From NCBI RefSeq assembly GCF_009914755.1, contig NC_060926.1: DNA of 64,000 bases; one strand, 5' to 3'. This stretch comes from the human T2T-CHM13v2.0 reference genome, Homo sapiens. This document shows, piece by piece, positions 54,156-64,000 of this stretch. Position 1 is the stretch's first letter, and every line of letters begins with the position of its first letter. The position numbers and the translations under genes were made by a program. The notes beneath the pieces were generated by a model. That model was given only the letters and a program-made list of their open reading frames with translations. It was not told the DNA's origin and did no database searches.

Positions 54156-55357
54156 ATTCCATGGTATTTATATCTCACATTTTTTGTTATTCAGTCCATC
54201 CTGGATGGGCAACTGCATTGATTCCATGTCTTTGCTATTATGGATAGTGAAGTGATGAAAATATGAGTGCACGTGTCTTTTTGGTATAATTATCTATACT
54301 GCTTTGGGTATATGCACAGTAATAGGATTGCTAGGTCAAATGGTAGTTTTATTTTGAGTTCTTTGAAAAATCTCCAAACTGCTTTCCATAGTAGCTGAAC
54401 TAATTTACATTTCCACCAACAGTGTATAAGTGTTCCACTTTTTCCACAGTCTTGCCAGCATCTGTTGTTTTTTGACTTTTTAAAAATAGCCATTCTGACT
54501 GCTGTGAGATGGTGTTTCATTGTGGTTTTTATTTGCATTTCATTAGTGATGATGAGCATTTTTGTCAATGTTTGTTGGCTGCTTGTATGTCTTCTTTGAG
54601 AAGGGTCTGTTCATAGATTTACCCACTTTTTATTGGTGTTGTTTTTGCGCTTGCTGATTTGTTTAAGTTCCTTGTAGATTCTGGATCTTAGACCTTTTTC
54701 AGATGCATAGTTTGTGAATATTTTCTCCCATTCTGTAGGTTGTCTGTTTACTCTGTTTCTGGTTTCTTTTACTGTTCAGAATCTCTTTAGTTAGGGTCCA
54801 CTTGTCAATTTTTGTTTTTATTGCAATTGCTTTTGGAGACTTAGCCTTAAATTCTTTGCCAAGGCTGATGTAGAGAAAGGTATTTCCTAGCTTTTCTTCT
54901 AGGGCTTTTATATTTTAAGGTCTTACATTTAAATCTTTAATTCATCTTGTGTTACTTTTTATACATGGTGAAGGGTAAATGTCTAGTTTCATTTTTCTGC
55001 ATATGAGTAGCCTGTTATCTCAGCACCATTTATTGAACAGGGAGTCCTTTACCCATTGCCTGTTTTTGTTGGCCTTGCTGAAGATCAGATGGCTGTAGGT
55101 GTGTGGCTTTATTCCTGAGGTTTCTATTCTGTTCCCTTAGTCTATGTGCCTGGTTTTGTACCAGTACCAAGCTATTTTGGTTGCTATAGCCTTGTAGTAT
55201 ACTTTTAAGTTGGATAGTTTATGCTTAGGTCGCCTTGGTGATTTCGGCTTTTTTTTTGGTACCACATGAATTTTAGAATTTTTTCCCCAATTTTGTGAAG
55301 AATGATCTTGGTAGTTTGATAGGAATAGCATTGAATCTGTAAATTGCTTTTGGCACA
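54156..55357 (-). mobile_element. L1 (L1PB/L1MA-type) ORF2 3' segment
   Basis: ORF track 'YYKAIATKIAWYWYKTRHID' and '[29 protein letters not shown]...HCWWKCKLVQ'. Confidence 0.9.
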
Positions 55358-56134
55358 TTTCTTGTCAACTATGTTCTCCATGGTGGCCCCATATTGGGGA
55401 TTTTATTTGGTGGTTTGCTTGTTTCCTCCTTCCTACTGTATTCCCATTCAAATGTTAGCATTCAGGTAAGGCCTAGCTTTTTTCATGCCAGCAAGAAGAG
55501 TTGTACTGTTAGAGCCCTTCACTTCCTAATGGTACAGTATTAGAAATTCACTAATAGAAATCAAAGCTAGAAGAAGTTTTGCTATCTTATTTGTCTATCT
55601 ATTTGACACAAAGACAAATCACACCAAAATCATATGTGATGCACACAAGAAAACTTGTCTTTTGTGTGGACACTCTTTGCAATATGTAGAGAGGACTATT
55701 TTGCTAAGGGCCAGGCCTTGTGTGACTGGCAAGATTATGAATCAGCATGGGTGGGCCCTCCTCTGGCCTCCACAATACAAGCCATGTGGAAGCCCCACTC
55801 CCTCAGCCCTCTACCCTCAACTGGCAATGCCTTGCTTGCTTGTCAGAATAGCACATGGTAGAGTTGGCACTCTAGCTATATATCTTGAATGAATGAATAC
55901 ATAACTCCTTCCTGTTTTTACATTTAAATCATTTAAAATGTGAGCACAAGTCAGATATTTAACTCACTCTTTGTATTGTGGATATGTATTTATTTAGTCA
56001 GTATTTTATTTACTATTTCTCATTAAAAGTTTGCTTAAGGAAAGTTTTATTCAACTCAAGTAGGGAAAACCTAGAGACAGACAATGATAATGATTCTGGG
56101 AAAAAAAAAAACATGTATATGCACATTTACACAT

Positions 56135-56153
56135 ACACACACACACACACACA
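56135..56153 (+). repeat. (AC)n microsatellite
   Basis: AC run. Confidence 0.9.
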
Positions 56154-58164
56154 CTTATATCTATGCCTTTAGGAGAAAATCAGAAGAGCACAGGTCCCCA
56201 CAAATATATCATGATTGTTTATTCCTTCTGCCAAACTTTAAAACTCATCCTCAGCTACTCAAAAGTTATTTATAATATGACAGGTAAATCTTAGAATTTG
56301 AGCTCTTATAATTAATGTTTCATGATTGTCACCTACGTATGCACATACCCAACCTTCTATCACTTGCTGGTGTTCTCGATCAGGGACCAGTTTTTTACAT
56401 CTTCCACTTTGCTCAGTTTAGTACCTGCCACATAAATATGTGTTTTTTTGAAAAGCTTGACATGAAACGTGCTATGTCATCCTCCTTGGCCTTGAAATCT
56501 CTGAGATTCTAACCCTGTGCCCTGACATAGGGGTTAGGTCTTTATGAAATGCTCATTTCTGAAGACAGAAGTCAGACTGACTGGATTTTAATATAAAGAT
56601 CCTCCTCTAACTGAATTGTATCTTAGGGAATTTAATTATTTATCTCTAAGTCTCATTCCATTAGATATTATTCTTGCTACTACTATTTTATTTTCACCAC
56701 TATCATCATAATCTTCATCCTTTTTTCTCTCTTAGCTAAGACAGAAAGAAAGACACTGAGGCCTATGTGTAAACCTCACAAATCTTGTGTTATTTCTGCT
56801 GTGCCACGTCCTCACTCCTCTTTCCCACTGCCATGAATTCCAGCCATCTGGTGTATCTGCCTTCTCAGACAAACCAACAGATTACTTGGTCATGTCCTTT
56901 TCTTCTTCATCTTACTATATTAAAGGGAAAAAATATTTTGCAATAATGGGTGAATTAATGCCTTGCTTTGGAATTCTAACTCCACATGGTGCCATGTAAA
57001 TATGCATTACCTTATGGCCAGTGTGCACATGCTGAGTCCCTTTCTAGCTACTTATAGGCATCCTATTTGTAGAGACCTGATGATAATGTGGCAGGTAGAA
57101 GGACAAATCACAAAGATACCATCAGAGTTGCCTCTGCTAAAGTCAGTGTGCTCCATAATAGCTTATTCACATGCCTTTCGTGGTATTCAAGGGTCTGATA
57201 CTGAAAAAGTTAAATGCTTGACTCTTGTTGATCATCATGACCAAAAGTAATCTTTGCAGCAAGTAAGGCACACCTCTATTATACTACAGAGAGGCAAGAG
57301 AATGCTAGAGATGAGTGTTTATTTTAAATTTCAGGAACTTTGTATTAAAGAGCTGCAGTGTGCAAGCATGAGCACAGTGTTAACTAATTAAAGATTCATT
57401 TACAAGGAAAAGAATCAGATGGATTGCAATAATAATGGTAAGTCTAACTACTTAGTATTCCCCATAGTTTGTCTGCTGATATGAAAGTGAGAACAAATGT
57501 GATTGTACACCATTAAAGATTATTAAGCATGGCAAGTGTAAAATTACCTCTGTAATGCATGTTTTCCCTTAAATTCACTGAGTGATCTTGAAGGCATAAA
57601 GCTTAAGGCACTTGCTAAAACACATCCATCTTGAGACACCAACTGTCAAATATGGCTGCCTCACAATGAGGCTTAACAAAGAGAATCCTGCTGCCACCTG
57701 CACACACAGAGAGAAGCGGAACACTCTTTAGATTAAAGACAACATTGACCCAGTTGTCTTCAAGGTTTGGAGAAAGCCTTAGATAGCTTCCCAAAAGGTT
57801 GCAGGAGACCAGGATGATCTGTTCTAATTACTTCAAAGAGGATATGAAATTGTTTGTGTAGCCCATTGTGGGTATGGTCTGTCTCTTATCATGAAGAACA
57901 ATTAAAATAATTCCCTATAACAGTAGGATATGGTTATCTAGCTACATACTTATTGCTGTCCTCATTTTTATTGGCTGCCAGAGAAAAAGATTTCTACCCA
58001 CCTAGTATGAATTCTCAGAGGGAAATGCTGTCTATGAGAATAGAAATCTGTGGGTTATTCAAGTTTAATGTCTCCTCTGGACCACATAAATGTTGACCTA
58101 GTTCAAGCAACTGACTTTTGATGACTCATTCCCCTTTCAATTGTTCTGGAAGCTACTGTAGAAC

Positions 58165-58620
58165 TACTGAGCAAAAGTTGCAGGGGTACTGATATCGGCT
58201 TGGCGTAAGAAAAACTCGCTGGTGAACAAAACTGCCTATCATTGAAAGTAGCTCCTCAGGAAATAAGGAGAATCTTAATAATTAGAAAGATACAAGTTGA
58301 GCAAAATTGATAAAAGCAACATAACTCTAATCAGGTATAGTGATATCAGGAGTTTTCAATTTATCTCAAGTAATTTCCTTAGTCACACTGCATGATAGAT
58401 AATATGATCTTTATTTTATGGATGAATATACTGGAGCACAGAGAAGTAAAAGTATTTGCTTAAAGTCTCACAGCATATAAGGGGAAGTGTATTTGAGGTT
58501 AGCTTCTTTGGACTTCAATGTCCATTTTACCCCATTGCACACGGATGCTATGGACAGGATCCCTAAAGGAGGCAGAGGCGAGAGTAGGCAATACATGAGT
58601 GATACAGGAACTCCTGTTCT
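58165..58620. mobile_element. L3/CR1 3' fragment (+) interrupted by a MIR (-, ~58340-58545)
   Basis: 'aagttgcagggg...gtaagaaaaact...' resembles the L3 3' end. 'ttattttatggatgaatatactggagcacagagaagtaaaagtatttgcttaaagtctcacagc' is the antisense MIR core. Confidence 0.55.
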
Positions 58621-60431
58621 TTAGTAATGTAGGGTCTGATTGTTCTAACCTTCAACTTCAATTCTTCAATAAGCTCAGAGCCTTTCCCACCAGTTTTACA
58701 TTTACACCTTATATCCCTCTGACTTCCTAGTTTCTGCTCCTGAATCTATGCAGCATTCTTGCTTCTGAATCACAGCAGAGCCAAACACTAAGATCTCTCA
58801 TCCTCTGTTTCCTAGAGCACATCAAGTCCTATTCAGAACGCGCTCTGTTAATTAACCTCATTGAAGACCTTGTGGAGGGGAGGGAGCACATGGCCCTCCA
58901 CACTACTCCACCGCATCGCCTGGTTGCCTGATGCTGCTCTGACACTCCTTGGCATCCACTCCCACCATTTCCACTCTCTGACAGATAAACCTGCCTACTT
59001 TCTTTAGTTCCCTCAAAATCTGTGGGGAAAGACTTATCTCTTCATGCAAAAGAATCTCTTAAGCAGCAGCTACAATTTTTGATGACTTTGTAATAAGAAT
59101 GTAGGCAAAACCTAATTGGTCTGTTGTGTGACGACAATAATTCTGGTGCAAGTTTGGCATAAGGATGCAACTGGAGCCAGGCAGACAAGTTAAGATCATT
59201 TCAACAGTCCATAAAAAAAAAAAATAGATGAAGGAGTCTAAGCTCATTTACTGGTTGAGCTCTCAGTTCTCAAATAACTGCCTGGGACTGTTTGAAAGCC
59301 AGCTCCTTCTTTGCCCTCTATCCTGCCCTTCATTCCCCCAGTATGGGGTGAGGCTCAAGAGATGTTAATGCACTGATATAGTCACCACCGGAACAAGCCC
59401 TTGTAGTAACAGAAATTGAAAAGAGATTGAAATCTGCCATAGAGGTTGTTGCTGAGAGAAAGCCAAGGAAAGAGAGATAAACTTAGATCCATGAAGACAG
59501 ATGAAGATTAAAAACAAGACAATAGGTGAAATAGAGAAACGGCACAAGGTTGGGCAACAAAGAGCAGATTAGATAAAGTGGCAGGCAGAGTGTGGTGAAT
59601 CCATCATGTAAGGGGAAGACAGGTCCTGGAGGACACAGGACTCAAAATACAAATTCCTAAGGGCTGCGATGTTCCAGCTGCCCTTTCAGAAATGAGTAGG
59701 AAGACTCTAGCAATTCATAGCAGCCTGTTCTATGTCAGAATTCTTATCTCTGGGCAATGAAGGTGTAAGTTGGATTTCGGGAAAGAAACCAAAATACAAG
59801 TCTCTATTAGGGAGATAAGCTATTTCCCACACTCCAAAGAATGTGGCATCACTGTTCAAGCCCTGGGTGGTGAGTCAAGCCCCAAGACACAGGGGTATGA
59901 TTTAAATGGGTGATGGAGCCACAGGTTGAAATGTGGGGGAAATACATGTGTGAGAGAGTAAGTCAGAGACACAAAAAGACGGGTCTAGAAAAGATATAAC
60001 ATCAGAACAGTAACCTCAATTCATAGACAGAAAATGCGGGGTGGGTAGTAGCTGCTGAGCCTTGTGGCAACACCTCACAGAAAGCTCTTCCATCTCCCCA
60101 CTTTCCATGTCCACTGCCACAGCTGCTATATTTTACTTCTAGATAATCCCTGTTCCCACGGCTCCTCTTTTGCTCATTCTTTTTCATATTCACACTATAG
60201 CCAGAAGAATTGCTCAGATATGAGTGAAGACTTCCTGGAACAAGAAGTCAAAGAGTTCCCATATCTGCCTAACGTTTCTGCTATTATCTTAATGCAATCA
60301 TGATAAAAAGACAAAACGTGGTATAACCATAAAAGCAAGGAAAATAAACCTGGACCATCAGCAGACAAGTGATGTCTAGAACTCTCTGGAAAACAAAAGG
60401 TGCATGAAAAACTGGATGGGATTGCATTCTC

Positions 60432-60510
60432 TTAGGTTGGTGCAAAAGTAGTTGTGGTTTTGCCATTCATTTCAGTGATAAAAACCGCAATTACTTTTGC
60501 ACCAACCTAA
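60432..60510. mobile_element. MADE1 (Hsmar1-derived MITE), near-perfect hairpin
   Basis: ttaggttggtgcaaaagtagttgtggttttgccatt...gataaaaaccgcaattacttttgcaccaacctaa. Confidence 0.95.
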
Positions 60511-60997
60511 TCGAATATTTTAATGGTAATTAAAGCAGAAATGAGTGAAACTTTAAACAGAATCTGGAAGGGAGATTCTAGTTTTGGCAAACATAGGCCT
60601 TAGAGAAATAATAGTGACCAATTAAGATTTGTTAAGGTGGGGTACTTTGAAGATCTTAATATCAAAAAATGAAATCATACTATTCTTCTGTGTAAACAAA
60701 GATAGACATTCACTCCCAGGAAAAAAACAAAAACAGAAACTGAGGCGCTAGTATTTTCCATGCATGTAAATGAACTCTCTGAATGCAACTAAAACATGTA
60801 CTACAGGAACCAATCTAAGCTACAATCAAGGTCTCTTTTCCATCGCTTGAAGTGAAGCTTGTCGGTAGAGTGATAAGACCAAAATAACAGAGCTCATCCA
60901 CAATCATTTGATGCCTTATTAACACCTACATTAGAAAAATTGAGAGCCACCTCACATCTAGTGTATCAAAGAAAATCATCACAATCACAATCAATAA

Positions 60998-61327
<330 letters not shown>

Positions 61328-61431
61328 TAGTTATAACTTTTTGTGTTCAAAAAGGTTCAGTTAGATAATGCATAAAACAAACACAAGATATTATACAAAA
61401 AGAACTCTCATGAAATAAGACTGCAAATTGA

Positions 61432-61665
<234 letters not shown>

Positions 61666-64000
61666 GAAATTACAATTTAAGTAGATGAAATAAAACATAA
61701 AGATTAAGAAATCTTTCATATAGAAAAACCCCAGTGAAGAGACTGGAAAACATGAGCTAAAGGATGTGTGGTATGGAGGATCAATTTTAGGAAGCTTAGT
61801 TATATGCTTCTATAACTAAGAGGAGTTCCAGAAAAAAAGAGAAAAGTTTAAAAATATCTAGAGATGGAGAATGAAATTATCAATGAAATTTAAAAAAAGG
61901 AAGTCTCCAAGATCAAAAAGACCGTGAAGCTTAAATGTGAATTGACCTAGCAAACTTTTAACACAAAGAATTTTTAAAAGTCAAGCACCTACTCATTATC
62001 TTCTTCAAATTTAAGAACACCAATGATAAAGACAGGATTCTGAAAGCTTTGAGAGATAAGAAAATATAACCAGTTTCCTCCAAAGCAACACAAATGAGAT
62101 TGGCATTAAATTTCTCTTTGGCCAGAGTGATGCAGAGAAGATAGAAGATTTCAAAGAGCCAAGGGGGTCTCCCTGGCAACCTGCAACGAATTAAGAAGCA
62201 ATCGTATGTGTGAGAAAAAAGTCAAATATGAAAGTAGTCTAAAATATAGGTTGCTTTCTGACAATGTTAATTGAGGAAAAAAATCAAACAGAAAACACCA
62301 GGAGACAGAAAATTACGGAGCATTAGATAGAATAGAGCTAACCTAGGAGAATAATGAAACTGACGTCAGGAAAACAGCAATGCAATAGGCTAAAAATTCA
62401 AGGTGGTTGAAAGAAGCACAGGGAGCCAATGGCACTCAAGGAGAGGACATCTTTCAGAATAGAAAGGGAAGATGCCAGCAACAGGGAAGATGGATGAGAA
62501 GAAAAAACTAGGTAGGTGATGAAACCAGCATTTATTTCCCCTCCCATCAAGAAAAAGGCAAGAAAATCAGGTTTTCCAGGGAAATTCAGGTTCAAAACGT
62601 GAAACAAACTAAAAGGTGGCAGAAATTTGAGAAGTGAGAAATACACACAGGAGACTTCTCCTGGACACCATATTGTATGAGTGGTGTCATTGTAATCAGA
62701 TTAGGTCATTAGGCAGAGGAAGTATTAACTTTGTAGCATTCCAGTGAAGAATATCTGTGGTCAAAATTATATGAATATAAATATTCCTTATCAGATTATA
62801 AATTTTAGAATAAACATGTAGGTAAAACTATGGGTGACTTACTTACGATTATAGAGCAGAATATGAACTTTTGGCCTCTTCTTTCATGCATCTTGATGAT
62901 ATGTAAGTTACGGCACAACCGAGAAACATTAGGAGCCAGGGCAGGCAGGAAAGGGACCTACAGAAAACTGACAGTCTCAATGCTGACTCTAAAAACAAGG
63001 AATAAATATTGCTAGGATATAGAAAATTGAAGCTACAGTATGTTATTCAAAGTTACATATTTTATTAAAGTAGAACTAAAAATAGCTAAGTAACTTTCAA
63101 AATTCCAGAGCAGAGTGAAGAGAGCATTGCTGTGTACATGAGCTAAATTGTAGACCTTTGGCGCTCTCACTGCACCATTATTGCTGACCATTAATTTGCA
63201 AATAAAAAGACTGGTGCATGTTTATGCATATGTAGATAACTACCAAAGAAATCTAAACTCAATGCGAAAACAAAGCTAGCTGTCTTTAGGCGTTATTCTG
63301 AGGGTGATGTATAGTTTTCATTGAGATATCTTGAGGGCAATGAACGCATGAGGGTTTGAGACAAAAGATTCTTCAATTTCTTTTTAAATACTTCATTTCA
63401 TTTATGTACTTATTTGTTTTTGTAAGGGGAGGCAAAGGGTTGAGAAAATGCTGGAGGATCCAGTTGTATTTTCTAAGCAGAGGTTAGTAACCAAGGTGAT
63501 ACAGGCGGCTCAGTACTCCCGTGGCCATTTCTGCTTTCTTCCCACCACAGCCACTGCCTCCCCTTGTGCCAGAATTACATTATTTTGGGAAGTGGCCCAA
63601 GTGCTTTTGATGTGCATGATTAACATTTAAAATAATAATGCCAACTCGTTTTGTAACTCATAACCAAATAGCTCTCTCTTACACCCTGTGACCTGGTGGC
63701 TAAGGAATGCCTGGGCTTCCTGAGCCTGTGAATGAGGGAAAAGGGAGCTGCAGCCTCAGGTTCTGCATACAGAATGAGTGTCCATTAGGCTCATTAATTC
63801 ATGAGCACTCTTTATTTTAATAGTCTTAGGGTGCCTTGGCGTTAAGGTCACCTTTAGTTTTAAGCTGACATTTACCTCACACCAAAATTAATGAGCTTTC
63901 AGAGACAGTTCAAAAAATGCAAGAATCCCCTGAAAATGAGAAGCACTTTAGGGTCCAGAAAAGAATTACATTATTTTTGGCACAATAGGTCTGGCTAATG

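Noticed and set aside
57732-57764. 33-nt in-frame micro-exon candidate (IKDNIDPVVFK)
   Set aside because: The pyrimidine tract is short, the donor is weak (GTTTGG), and there are no partner coding exons. The pattern is equally explained by a small inverted repeat aagacaac/gttgtctt.

Overview
This is AT-rich primate genomic DNA, most likely human or another ape, since it carries a full-length L1PA3 and several AluY copies. No protein-coding host exon can be supported, and most of the window is transposable-element relics: L1 of several ages, Alu, MaLR/ERV1/ERVL LTRs, Tigger/MER46/MER96/MADE1 DNA elements, L2, MIR, CR1 and HAL1. Two landmarks stand out. (1) A ~2 kb nuclear mitochondrial segment (NUMT, ~15695-17664) covers the control region, tRNA-Phe and the 5' part of 12S rRNA. 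It sits inside an MLT1 LTR, was later hit by an AluY, shows non-human ancestral mtDNA states, and carries an (ACGT/ACGC)n array between CSB1 and CSB2 that modern human mtDNA lacks. (2) A complete 6157-bp L1PA3 (30624-36780, 17-bp TSD) has dead ORF1/ORF2 but an open, C-terminally extended antisense ORF0 and still has the 129-bp ZNF93-target segment. Smaller observations include locally templated duplications at 41-46 kb, a motif-dense candidate enhancer at ~26.5 kb, a MADE1/miR-548-like hairpin and two possible non-coding exons. I found no convincing new multi-gene system. Repeat subfamily names come from recalled consensus sequences and need RepeatMasker/Dfam confirmation.
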